Assembly: GCA_022839105.1 (NCBI GenBank)
Contig: JALHDH010000004.1
Span: forward strand, 2,062 to 66,061
DNA from: a bacterium
GTDB lineage: Bacteria; Vulcanimicrobiota; Xenobia; Xenobiales; Xenobiaceae
Length of the DNA: 64,000 nucleotides
Direction of reading: 5' to 3'
Positions 29,451 to 38,889 of the stretch are shown here, one piece after another. The notes below the pieces were generated by a model. The model worked only from the letters and a program-made list of their open reading frames with translations. It made no database searches and was not told the DNA's origin. Numbering within the stretch: position 1 is the stretch's first letter; the number at the start of each line of letters is the position of its first letter. The translations under genes were made by a program, and so were the position numbers.

Positions 29451-32400
29451 CTACAGGTCGTACAGCGAACGCCGTCCCACCACCATCAGCATGTTGAGGA
29501 CCTGGCGTTCGGTCTCCTCGGGCATCCCGAAGGCCTGGGCGATCTCGGTCGCCAGGCTCCGGATCCCGTCGCGGGAGGACTCTTCGCGGGCCTCGGAGAC
29601 TTCGGGAGCAGGCGCCGGCCCGGTCTCCTCCGGAGAGGGCTGAGGCTCCTCGATCGGCGCGGGCTGTTCCTCGGCCGAACCCGGACGCGGGAGCGAGGCT
29701 GCGGCCTTGCGGCCATGGAAGAGCGCCAGCAGGGCCTGGAGATCCTGGAGGTCCCGCTCTTCCTGACCGACCTGCTCGCGCAAGAAGGCCAGTTCGTGAA
29801 GCAAGGGAGAAAACCGGACCCGGTGGAGTTGAAAGACCTCGGCCGTGCGCAGGTCCGCCGGACGCGACAGGGTGAAGGCGGGCAGGTGGCTCTCGAGATC
29901 CTCCAGCGCCATCCCGCCCACCTTGGCCAGCCTCAGGACGCGGACCTGTTGGGACCCGGTCGTGGCCAGGAGCTCGGCCAGATCCAGGAAGAACCGGGAC
30001 TCCTCGAGGACCTCCGAGACGAACGAGCTCTCGCGGCGCCTGAAGACTCCGACCGACTCGCCGGGCGGAAGGTGGTACAGGGTCCTGGGCAGGTCCGGCC
30101 CGGTGAGGTAGGGTGAGGCTCCCAGTTCGTTCTTGAGCTCGGCGGCGTGGTCCTCGATGAAGAAGTGATAGTCCAGGAAGAGCTCGGCGGGGTTCTCCTC
30201 GGCGACCAGCTCGGCCAGGCGCCGGCCCAGCGAGAGGGCCATCACCTTCCAGGAATCCAGCCAGGCCCCGCGGAGCTGCTCGAGCTCCCGGCTGGAGATC
30301 ATCGTGAAGTAGCGCCTCTTGAAGAGCGACCCGTCCTGCCGGCAGGCGCAGTTCAGGGCGGCCATGACCTCCACCAGGGGCTTGAGCAGCTCGGCCCGGA
30401 GGTTCCCCTCCGGATCGGCCAGGGCAAGGGTGGCGGCCCGCTTGGGGTCGGAGGTCTTCAGGCTCTTGAACCAGTTGCGGATCTCGTTCTCCACGCGCCG
30501 CAACTCCTCGGCTTCCAGACCGGGGATCTCGCTGAGAGGCTCCTCTTCGGCCGCTTCGGGGAGCTCGTCGGGAGCCAGATGCACCAGGTCCACCATCTCC
30601 GGCAGGGGCACCTTGTCCATCAGGCACAAGCGCAAGAGCCCTTCGGCGGCGGCGCGCCCCACGGCCGGTTCGGGGTCGGCCAGGCCCCGCGAAAGCTCGT
30701 ACTCCACCACCAGCCGGACGCTGGAATCGGGGACCTCCTCGGCCGTGGCCAACAAGCGCAAGGCCATGGCCCGGATCGAAGGATCGGGAGAGTCGAGCAT
30801 CTCCATCAGGCGATTGTGGATCACCGCGCGGAACCGCGTGGCGTCGTAGTGCTTGAAGTAGCCCTCCGAGCCCACCAGTTCGGAGCGGCACATCTCGTAC
30901 ATGATGCGCAGTCCGGCGAACTCGAGTTGCTCGCGCCCCGCGCCGCCCTCCAGCAGGGGACGGTAGAGTCGGAAATCGAATCTCCGGGTCTCGCGGAGAT
31001 TCTTGTTCAGGTCGTCGTGGGTCCGGGCATCGATCAGGCCGGCCAGGATGTCCCGGGCGGGGCTCGACCACAGGGTCTTGCGAATCCGCTCCAGCAGATC
31101 GGGCCGGGCCATCAGGGATTGATGGTCGGTGGGACGGGTCAGCACCTGCCAGAGGGCCTCGTGGATCCACTCCAGGTTGCGAAGCTCGGTCGAAAGGGTG
31201 TCGGTCCGCCCCAACAGGGCGTCCTGCCCCAGTTCCCGCATGATGCCGGGCAGGCCCGAGGCCTCCGGGAACCAGACGACCTGGTGGCTCCACTCCAACC
31301 CCGAGTTGGCGGGTGGCTCGAGATCCCGGGTGGACTCGACCAGCTCAAGGCAGCGGAAATGACGGTTCTGCCGGTTGTCCAGGTAGACGGCCACGACCCG
31401 GCGGCAACCCACCAGTTCTTCGTCCTCCACCTTCTTCAGGCCGGCCAGCACCAGACGGCTGAAGTGGAAGGCGCTGAATCCCTCGACGAAACTGAAGCTG
31501 GTCCGTCTGCCCTCAGAAGCAGGGCTGCGCCACTCACCGTCCCGGATCGAACCCAGGCGCCTCCAGACCAGCGAACGGTCCAGATCCGACTGGAAGACCG
31601 CCACCAGGTCGTGCCCGGATTCAGCCAGGACCGCGAGATCGGGCTCGCTGAGCTGGTCCAGGATCGGGAAGGCCCCCAGGACCATCCGGGTGAACTCCAG
31701 CTCGCCATCCTCAAGGGCATGGTTGGCCTCTTCGGGCGAGCGGATCCAGTGCCAGTGGTGCCCCGCCCTCCCGGGCACCCGGAATCCACCCAGCAACCCG
31801 GCCTGGGCCTGCCCGACCAGGGCCGGCAGGCTTCGGGAGATCGGCTCCTGCTCGGACTCCTCCAGGACCAGGCCCCGGAGCTGCACCTCGAAGGCGCCGG
31901 CCACCGCGACCATGGCGTACATGGAGGTGTCGACCGTCTCCGAACTCCGGCTGAGGTTCTCCAGGTCGGCTTCGCTGAGGAAGCCCACCTCGGCGTCGAC
32001 GAAGAGGCAAAGGGCCACCAGGGTATTGGCCTGATAGCGGCGCCCGGCCGCCGAGAGCAGGGCCAACAAGGCCAACTGCTCGTCATTCAGGCCGATCCGA
32101 CCTTCGGGAAGACGCTGCTTGAGGCCCTCGGCAAAGGCGGCCGCGCGCCGGCTGTTGCTCTCCTGGGCGATCTGCTCGAGGATCTCCAGAGGGGTCCGGC
32201 GATCCCGCTGCTGACGCAGCTTCTCGCGGACCTGGATCAGGGCGTCCTGGGTGGAGCGGGCCCGGACCGACTCCAGGGACTCCTCGAGGAAAGGGAACTC
32301 GCTGGCCCAGGCTGCCGGCTCGAGTTCCAGACCGAAGTGCTCGGCCACCAGCAGGATGGCGTCGGCCGTGATCGGGATCTCCTCGGACTCCTCCACAACC

Positions 32401-33221
32401 CTCGAGGTCAGCGCACCGGCCTCCATGTCGGCGAAGAGGGCGAAGGCCATCAAGGCGTGAAGCGAGACGATCCGGCCCGAAGCCTCCAGGAGCCTGTGCA
32501 CCGCCTGCACGCCTGGATGCACCAGTTCCTGGTGGGGGCGCGTGCGCAGCTTGAGGGCCCGGATGGCCTCCGCGGCCTGCGGGGTGGCCCGCCCCTTGAG
32601 GCTCTTGAGGATGTCCAGGGCCGTGCGACGCTTCTGGGTGATGGCCCGGAGGAAGGCCGTCATCTGGGCTACGGGAGGGACCGAGAGGAAGACGGGCCTC
32701 TGGTCGACCACCTCCTCGAAGTCCAGCACGTCGATCCGCTGGTGGAGTTCCACCACGTAGCGGAACTCGTTCTCGCCCTCGCAGAAGAGGAACTCCAGAA
32801 GGCGCGTGTCGGGGGGAAGCTTGCCCTGGCCAGCCCGGGTCAGTTCCAGGTCCTGCCCGGGCTCGACCCCCCGAGGCAGGTGCAAGGTCACCTTGATCTG
32901 GACCCGCTCCCCCCCCGCCAGGGCCAGCGGGATTCCCACCACCACCCGACGACCCGCGGCCGCCTCCACCTGGGTGAACTTGGAGAGCGATCCGGCCAGG
33001 CTGGCCGGAAGCGAGAAGAGCCTGCGGGGATTCAGGGTGGAGTAGAAATCCAGGAACCGGCCGTCTCGAGGCACGACCCGAAGCCGCGCCTCGGGGGAGG
33101 AGACCTCCTCGGAGACGCTCGGCGAAGCCTCCGTCCCCGGGGCGCCCTGGCGCTCCCGCAGCAGACGGACGAGGCTTCCGACCTCCATGGTCCAATAACT
33201 GGTGGGCTTCTCGTCAGACAT
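29451..33221 (-). CDS. Large hypothetical protein (~1256 aa) with internal duplication and HEAT-like repeat
   Basis: Long ORF with coding-type composition, GGAG SD, 40 nt downstream of thrS; LDSPDPSIRAMALRLLA HEAT-like segment. Confidence 0.7.
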   Translation of the reverse strand: MSDEKPTSYWTMEVGSLVRLLRERQGAPGTEASPSVSEEVSSPEARLRVVPRDGRFLDFYSTLNPRRLFSLPASLAGSLSKFTQVEAAAGRRVVVGIPLALAGGERVQIKVTLHLPRGVEPGQDLELTRAGQGKLPPDTRLLEFLFCEGENEFRYVVELHQRIDVLDFEEVVDQRPVFLSVPPVAQMTAFLRAITQKRRTALDILKSLKGRATPQAAEAIRALKLRTRPHQELVHPGVQAVHRLLEASGRIVSLHALMAFALFADMEAGALTSRVVEESEEIPITADAILLVAEHFGLELEPAAWASEFPFLEESLESVRARSTQDALIQVREKLRQQRDRRTPLEILEQIAQESNSRRAAAFAEGLKQRLPEGRIGLNDEQLALLALLSAAGRRYQANTLVALCLFVDAEVGFLSEADLENLSRSSETVDTSMYAMVAVAGAFEVQLRGLVLEESEQEPISRSLPALVGQAQAGLLGGFRVPGRAGHHWHWIRSPEEANHALEDGELEFTRMVLGAFPILDQLSEPDLAVLAESGHDLVAVFQSDLDRSLVWRRLGSIRDGEWRSPASEGRRTSFSFVEGFSAFHFSRLVLAGLKKVEDEELVGCRRVVAVYLDNRQNRHFRCLELVESTRDLEPPANSGLEWSHQVVWFPEASGLPGIMRELGQDALLGRTDTLSTELRNLEWIHEALWQVLTRPTDHQSLMARPDLLERIRKTLWSSPARDILAGLIDARTHDDLNKNLRETRRFDFRLYRPLLEGGAGREQLEFAGLRIMYEMCRSELVGSEGYFKHYDATRFRAVIHNRLMEMLDSPDPSIRAMALRLLATAEEVPDSSVRLVVEYELSRGLADPEPAVGRAAAEGLLRLCLMDKVPLPEMVDLVHLAPDELPEAAEEEPLSEIPGLEAEELRRVENEIRNWFKSLKTSDPKRAATLALADPEGNLRAELLKPLVEVMAALNCACRQDGSLFKRRYFTMISSRELEQLRGAWLDSWKVMALSLGRRLAELVAEENPAELFLDYHFFIEDHAAELKNELGASPYLTGPDLPRTLYHLPPGESVGVFRRRESSFVSEVLEESRFFLDLAELLATTGSQQVRVLRLAKVGGMALEDLESHLPAFTLSRPADLRTAEVFQLHRVRFSPLLHELAFLREQVGQEERDLQDLQALLALFHGRKAAASLPRPGSAEEQPAPIEEPQPSPEETGPAPAPEVSEAREESSRDGIRSLATEIAQAFGMPEETERQVLNMLMVVGRRSLYDL

Positions 33222-33261
33222 TCGGCTCCCACCCGGACCGCGTCCGGGCCCAGGCATGGTT

Positions 33262-35091
33262 TCAGGCTTGGGGAAGCTCCACGTCCGGGAAGTTGTCCAT
33301 GATCCTGTGCTGGCGCATCCGGGTGAGGATGCTGCGGAATTCGGCGAAGGGCAGCCCCCGCTGGTCCGGAAGGCAATAGCGCCTCCAGGTGACCGAGGAG
33401 GTCTCCTGCTCCTTGCCGCCGACCACCAGGACGTTGGGAATCTTGGCCGTGGCCGCCTGGCGGATCTTCTTGTTCAGGCTGTCCGGACCCAGGTCCGCCT
33501 CGGCCCGGAACAGGTCCTGCCTGAGCTCGGCAGCCAGACGCTCGGCATACTCTCCGAAGTTCTCGACGTGGACCGGGATCACCCGAACCTGGAGGGGGGC
33601 CATCCAAGTCGGGAAGGCGCCCTTGAAATGCTCCATCAGGAAAGCCAAGAAGCGCTCATGGGTCCCCAGGGGCGCCCGGTGGATGCAGTAGGGGGTGTGC
33701 ATCTCCCCATCCGGACCGATATAGGTCAGGCCGAAGCGCTCGGGCACCGCGAAGTCGAGCTGATTGGTCGAGGCGGTCTCCTCCCGGCCCACCACGTTGC
33801 GGATCTGGAAGTCCACCTTGGGCCCGTAGAAGGCCGCTTCGCCAAGGGCCTCCTCATACTCGATGTCCATGCCGTCCATGACCCGACGGATGGCCTCCTC
33901 GGATTGCCGCCAGGCCTCGGCGTTCTGGACGTACTTCGCCGTGTTTTCAGGATCGTGCAGCGAAAGCCTCATCCAGTAGCGGGAGATCCGGAACATGTCG
34001 TAATAGCGGCGATGCAACTCCAGGACGGCGCTGAACTCGTCCTCCAGTTGCTCGGGAGTGCAGTAGATGTGGGCGTCGTTCATGCACATCCCGCGCACCC
34101 TCAACAATCCCGCCAGGGTTCCCGAGGGCTCGTAGCGATAGACCTGGCCGTACTCCGCCAGACGCAGGGGGAGTTCGCGGTAGGACCGGGGCCGGTGACC
34201 GAAGACCAGGTGATGGAAGGGGCAATTCATCGGCTTGAGGTAGTAGTTCTGCCCCTCATCCAGGGCCATGGGCGGGAACATGCCCTCCTTGTAGTAAGGC
34301 AGGTGGCCGGAGGTATAGAAGAGCTGCTCGGAGGTCAGGTGGGGGGTGACCACCCTCTGGTAGCCCTCCCTCTGCTCCCACTCCCGGGCCATGGCCTCCA
34401 GCTCGTCGCGCAGGACGGTCCCGTTGGGAAGCCAGAGGGGCAGCCCGGCGCCGACCTGATCGGAGATCATGAAGAGCTCGAGCTCCTTGCCGAGCTTGCG
34501 GTGATCGAATTTCTTGGCCTCCTCGCGCTGGCGGAGGAACTCCTTGAGATCCTTCTTGCTGGCAAAGGCCAGCCCGTAGATCCGGGTCAGCATCTCGCGC
34601 TTCTGGTCCCCGCGCCAGTAGGCGCCGGCCACCGCGTCCAGGGCGAAGCAGTCCGGAGGGATCTGGGAACCCTTCTCGACATGGGGCCCGGCGCACAGGT
34701 CCACGAAGGGTCCGCTCTGGTAGAGGCTGATCTCCTCGCCGCGCCCGGCGAGTTCACGGATATACTCCGCCTTCAGGGCCTCGCCGGCAGCCTCGAACTC
34801 GGCCACGGCCTGCTCCGGGGGGACCAGACGCCGCTCGAAGGGCTGGTCCTCGGCCAGGATGCGGCGCATCTCGGCCTCCACCTGGGCCAGGGCCTCGGCA
34901 TCAAAGGCCTCTGGGAACTGGAAATCATAGTAGAAACCGTTCTCGACCGGCGGACCGAAGCCCAGATGGGTGCCGGGATACAGCTTCTGCACGGCCTGCG
35001 CCAGGACGTGGGCCAGCGAGTGGCGTCTCTTGTAGAGCGGGTTGTCCCCCTTCTCCTGGGCGTCCATCCCTGCATACACCTGCCTGGCCAT
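33262..35091 (-). CDS. thrS: Threonine--tRNA ligase (short form without N-terminal TGS domain)
   Basis: RHSLAHVLAQA, DLCAGPH, DHRKLGKEL, LKPMNCPFH, GLLRVRG..NDAH, IHRAPLGTHERF. Confidence 0.97.
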   Translation of the reverse strand: MARQVYAGMDAQEKGDNPLYKRRHSLAHVLAQAVQKLYPGTHLGFGPPVENGFYYDFQFPEAFDAEALAQVEAEMRRILAEDQPFERRLVPPEQAVAEFEAAGEALKAEYIRELAGRGEEISLYQSGPFVDLCAGPHVEKGSQIPPDCFALDAVAGAYWRGDQKREMLTRIYGLAFASKKDLKEFLRQREEAKKFDHRKLGKELELFMISDQVGAGLPLWLPNGTVLRDELEAMAREWEQREGYQRVVTPHLTSEQLFYTSGHLPYYKEGMFPPMALDEGQNYYLKPMNCPFHHLVFGHRPRSYRELPLRLAEYGQVYRYEPSGTLAGLLRVRGMCMNDAHIYCTPEQLEDEFSAVLELHRRYYDMFRISRYWMRLSLHDPENTAKYVQNAEAWRQSEEAIRRVMDGMDIEYEEALGEAAFYGPKVDFQIRNVVGREETASTNQLDFAVPERFGLTYIGPDGEMHTPYCIHRAPLGTHERFLAFLMEHFKGAFPTWMAPLQVRVIPVHVENFGEYAERLAAELRQDLFRAEADLGPDSLNKKIRQAATAKIPNVLVVGGKEQETSSVTWRRYCLPDQRGLPFAEFRSILTRMRQHRIMDNFPDVELPQA

Positions 35092-35199
35092 ACTCTGAGC
35101 ACCTGCCGTCCTTGAAATCGCGGTCCGCGGAATGCCGGGAACCGGCCCGCAACCTTCTCCTTGACCCCGTGGGAACCTGCATGCCGGGGCGTTCGGGAC

Positions 35200-36822
35200 T
35201 CAGGGGGGGACCTGGAGGCCAGGCTCCGATTCCGGCTCCCCGCCAGCCTCCAGCTCCTCCAGCAGCAGGTTGACCACCTCCACCTCGTCCAGGCGATCCA
35301 ACCAGCGCAAGGCCTTGCGGGCCAGGTGGGTGGCTCCCAGTTGGCGCGCCAGGACGAGGCACTCGTGCAGATGATAGACGGCCTGTTCGGGGTCCTGGGT
35401 CTCGGCGTGGAGTTGCCCCAGCTCGTAGCGGGCCCGTGCCAGGGCTCCGGTGGGTCCAGCCTCGGCCAGGATTCTCAGGGCCTCCAGGTAGGCTTCCTGG
35501 GCCTCGCTCCACCTCTGCCGCAGCCGGAGCAGGGTGCCGGTGAGCAGCCAGATGCGGGCCCGATCCGAGTCCGGGCTGTCGGCGTGCAGCTCCTCGCGCG
35601 AGCGACGCAGGCTTTCTTCGGCCTCCGGGAGCCTTCCCCAATCCAACCAGACCTCCGCCAGATCCAGGTGGACCTGCATCGCCAGGGCCCGATCCTGCAA
35701 GCGCAGGAAACTCTCCAGGGCCTCCTCCAGGCAGCGTCGGGCCTCGGCCAGGTCGCCCCGAGCCCGCAAGGACAGGCCCAGATTCCGCCTGGCAAAGGCC
35801 AGGGCTCGGGAGTTTCCGAATCTTCGGCACAAGGCCACGTCGCGACGATGCAGATCCACGGCCTGAAGGTAGTCCTCCCGGCTCAGGTGCACCGCTCCCA
35901 GCTTGCCGTAGACCGCGGCCAGTTCGGCATCCGCTCCCAGCTCTTCGCAGGTCCAGCGAGCCTTCTCCAGGAAGAGCAGGGCATCGTCCAGGCGCCCCAT
36001 CTCAAGACATGTCTGCCCCAGCGAGTTGTAGACGCGGGCCCGGCCCAACGGCATCCGGTTGAGGAGGTACACCCGCAGGGCCCGGCGCAGATGGCTCAGG
36101 GCCTCGCGGTAGCGTCCCCGGACCGACCACAGGACCCCCATCAGCCGCCAGGTCTCGGCCTCGATCTCGGACTCGGGCCCCCAACGGGCCAGGATCTCCA
36201 GGCTCTGCAGGTAGCGCTCGCGCGCCAGTTCGGCCTGCCTCTCGCGAAAGGCCGCCAGGCCCAGTTGGGTCAGGGCGGTGGCCCGCAACAACCCGGATTC
36301 CGAGTCCCGCACCGACTCGGGAAGGATCTCCAGGACGCGGCGCAGGGATTCCCCCCCGGAGCGATGCTCGCCCATCCGGGCCTGGAGGGCCCCCAGGCTG
36401 GTCAGGACCCGGGCCTTCTCCAGGGGAGTTCCCAGAGCCTCGGCCAGGGTCAGGGCATTCTCCAGGCTCGAGAGGGCCTCGCCGTACTCGCCGTAGATCG
36501 CGTGGACCTGCGCCAGGACCACCAGGGCCCGGAGGATCAGGCCCGAATCGGACAGATCGTCCCGGACCGCAAGAACCCGATCCAGTTCGCCCAAGGCGGG
36601 CTGGAAACGGCCCAGGGCCACGAAGAGCTCGGCGCGCCGGTTGCGCAGAAGGGCCTTCTCCTCGGCGAGGCCCGGCCGGGAATCCATCTCCAGCAGGATC
36701 TCCAGGGCCCGGCCGTGCAGATCGATGGCCCGCTCGTAGTCCCGTGCCGTGGCGTGATCGGCTGCCAGGGCCACCAGGTCTTGAACCTGCGGACAGGATT
36801 CCGGGGAAAGGTAGAGCGTCAT
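35200..36822 (-). CDS. Multi-TPR protein (MalT-like TPR array)
   Basis: Repeated ARVYNSLGQTCLEMGRLDDA / AAVYGKLGAVHLSREDY-type TPR units. Confidence 0.8.
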   Translation of the reverse strand: MTLYLSPESCPQVQDLVALAADHATARDYERAIDLHGRALEILLEMDSRPGLAEEKALLRNRRAELFVALGRFQPALGELDRVLAVRDDLSDSGLILRALVVLAQVHAIYGEYGEALSSLENALTLAEALGTPLEKARVLTSLGALQARMGEHRSGGESLRRVLEILPESVRDSESGLLRATALTQLGLAAFRERQAELARERYLQSLEILARWGPESEIEAETWRLMGVLWSVRGRYREALSHLRRALRVYLLNRMPLGRARVYNSLGQTCLEMGRLDDALLFLEKARWTCEELGADAELAAVYGKLGAVHLSREDYLQAVDLHRRDVALCRRFGNSRALAFARRNLGLSLRARGDLAEARRCLEEALESFLRLQDRALAMQVHLDLAEVWLDWGRLPEAEESLRRSREELHADSPDSDRARIWLLTGTLLRLRQRWSEAQEAYLEALRILAEAGPTGALARARYELGQLHAETQDPEQAVYHLHECLVLARQLGATHLARKALRWLDRLDEVEVVNLLLEELEAGGEPESEPGLQVPP

Positions 36823-36948
36823 GGAGCCTCGAGCGGGTGGGGCGTGGGCCTGCCGCCCTCGAGACCGGTTCCCGATCCTGAAAGGGAACTCCTCCAGCCG
36901 CTGCGGCCCGAACCAGCCGAGCCGCAGCATGAAAGCGGGGAGATCAGG

Positions 36949-36954
36949 TATAAT
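36949..36954 (+). promoter_or_regulatory. Possible -10 element (TATAAT) for the ABC permease gene
   Basis: Perfect TATAAT 52 nt upstream of ATG 37007; no good -35 seen. Confidence 0.35.
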
Positions 36955-37006
36955 CCAAGTAGCGGCCGGATTCCGGCTGACAGGACGAAACAGGTGAAGC
37001 CCGACC

Positions 37007-38077
37007 ATGATCCCGCGCGAGATGATCGCCCACCCCCTGCTCCTCAAGGAGCTCGCCAGCCAGGCGCGCCGCCCCGGTCGCCGGGGCTGGACCTATCCCG
37101 GCCCGGGCTGGTTCCTGGTGGCCACCCTGGTCCCGGCCCTTCTCTACATGCTGCAGGAAGATCCGTCGGCGGCCCGCTCCTTCTTCCTCGCCTCCGCCCT
37201 CTTCGGGCTGTGGCTCCTGGCGCTGCGCTCAGGCCTGTACACGGCCACCTCGATGGCCTCGGACATCCGCCAGGGCACGTTCTCGGTCCTTCTCTCCACG
37301 CCCTTGACCGTACCCGGAGCCACGGCAGCCAAGCTGACGGCCTGCCTGCTCCCGCTGTGGCTGGAGGTCCTGGTGGCCCTCCCGGCCGCGCTGCTGGTCT
37401 ATTCCTGGTTCGGTGAGGCCCCCGTCGACCTGATCCTGGCCGTGACCGCCTTCCAACTGCTGGTCTCCTTGATGTCTGCAGGCTTCGGCCTGTGGTTGGG
37501 GAGTCTTCTGGGGGAGCCGGAACGCGCGGCCGGGACGGTCCGGGCCCTGGCCCTGGTCGCCCTCCCCGGGACCCTGCTGGCCACCCGCCTGGTTCCAGGT
37601 TCGCTGGTCTTGGCAGGCCTGATGCTGTGGGCCCTGCTGGTCTGGATCCCCCGGATCCGCCCCAACCAGGCCATCCCCAGCAGCGTCCTGGCCCTGATCC
37701 TGCTGCTGCTGCTGCCCTTCCTGCCGATCATGTCCACCCTGGGACGGGATCTCCGGGACCTGGATCTGAACCAGATCCACCCCATGCACGCCGTCCAGAG
37801 CCTGGCGCTCCCCGACCTGACCGATCCCTCCACCCTGGACCTTCTTGAAGGGGATCCGGACTTCGAAGAGCTCAGGGCCCGGGGGTCCAGGCACTTCGAG
37901 TCCTCCCGGGACTACCTGGCCCTGCGCGTCGGGGCCGACCGGTTGCTCCAGCAGCGCCTGGAACTGGCCCATCGCCAGGCAGGGCTGCAGCGCCTGCTCC
38001 TGCTGGGCCTGATCTACGGGTTGGCCAGCCTTCTCTTGATCCACTTCGCCGTGAATCGCGCCCGGACAAGCCGATAG
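37007..38077 (+). CDS. ABC-2-type transporter permease-like membrane protein
   Basis: HPLLLKELASQARR, SMASDIRQGTFSVLLSTPLT..AKL, multiple transmembrane helices. Confidence 0.7.
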   Translation: MIPREMIAHPLLLKELASQARRPGRRGWTYPGPGWFLVATLVPALLYMLQEDPSAARSFFLASALFGLWLLALRSGLYTATSMASDIRQGTFSVLLSTPLTVPGATAAKLTACLLPLWLEVLVALPAALLVYSWFGEAPVDLILAVTAFQLLVSLMSAGFGLWLGSLLGEPERAAGTVRALALVALPGTLLATRLVPGSLVLAGLMLWALLVWIPRIRPNQAIPSSVLALILLLLLPFLPIMSTLGRDLRDLDLNQIHPMHAVQSLALPDLTDPSTLDLLEGDPDFEELRARGSRHFESSRDYLALRVGADRLLQQRLELAHRQAGLQRLLLLGLIYGLASLLLIHFAVNRARTSR

Positions 38078-38100
38078 ACCTCAAGACTGGGAGGACACAC

Positions 38101-38889
38101 GTGGGCAACCCCTTCACCCCCGACCCGACCACGCCCAAGGGGCACGGGAAGTACGTCGAGCGAGCCCAGTTCCTGGGTGAGGCCGGCCGCCGCATCCGCT
38201 CCGAGCAGGACCCCGAGGAGTTCCGCTCCCTCCTGGAAGGGAAGATCCACAAAGAGAAGAGGGTCTCGGACCCCCTCGAGCCCGAGGATCTCCAGACCCT
38301 CCAGGACGCCGCCCGACCCGGAGCCAGCGCCCTCGGGGCGACCTCGGATCTGCGCCAGGAAGCCACCCGGCTGGAGGCCCGACGCGAGGAGTCCGGCCGC
38401 GAGGAAGCCGAGAAGAGGCTGGGCTCCTGGCACGGCCCCAGCGCCTTTGCCGGGCTTCCGGCGGCGGCCTCCCTGGGCCTGCTGAATGCGGCCCAGGTCC
38501 AGCAGGGCGACCGCCCTCGAGGGGGCAACCGGGCCTCCCTGCGCGTGGAGATCTCCCCGGGAGAGGCCCGAGTCGACCCCGAGCTGATCCAGGGCCTGCT
38601 CGACGCCGGTCTGCGCCGCCCGCTCTCCGGATTGGAGGATCCTCGTCTGGCCAGCGCCCCTCCCCAGCTTCCCGCCGAGGAGGGCTGGCGGACCGCCCCG
38701 ACGGGCAAGGGGGTGGCCATCCACTGGGAAGGTCCCGGCCGAAGCGCCTACCAGCGGCTGGAGTGGTCCGAGGCCAGCCTGATCCTGGAGACCGCCGCCG
38801 GCTCGAAACTGCAGGCCCTGGAGAGGCAGGGCGCGCAGATCTTCGTCCGTCACTCCTCCCGGGAGGCCCCTCCGGCCTTTCCGGTCTGA
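38101..38889 (+). CDS. Hypothetical protein
   Basis: GGAGGA SD before GTG; coding-like codon usage; no recognised motif. Confidence 0.6.
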   Translation: MGNPFTPDPTTPKGHGKYVERAQFLGEAGRRIRSEQDPEEFRSLLEGKIHKEKRVSDPLEPEDLQTLQDAARPGASALGATSDLRQEATRLEARREESGREEAEKRLGSWHGPSAFAGLPAAASLGLLNAAQVQQGDRPRGGNRASLRVEISPGEARVDPELIQGLLDAGLRRPLSGLEDPRLASAPPQLPAEEGWRTAPTGKGVAIHWEGPGRSAYQRLEWSEASLILETAAGSKLQALERQGAQIFVRHSSREAPPAFPV

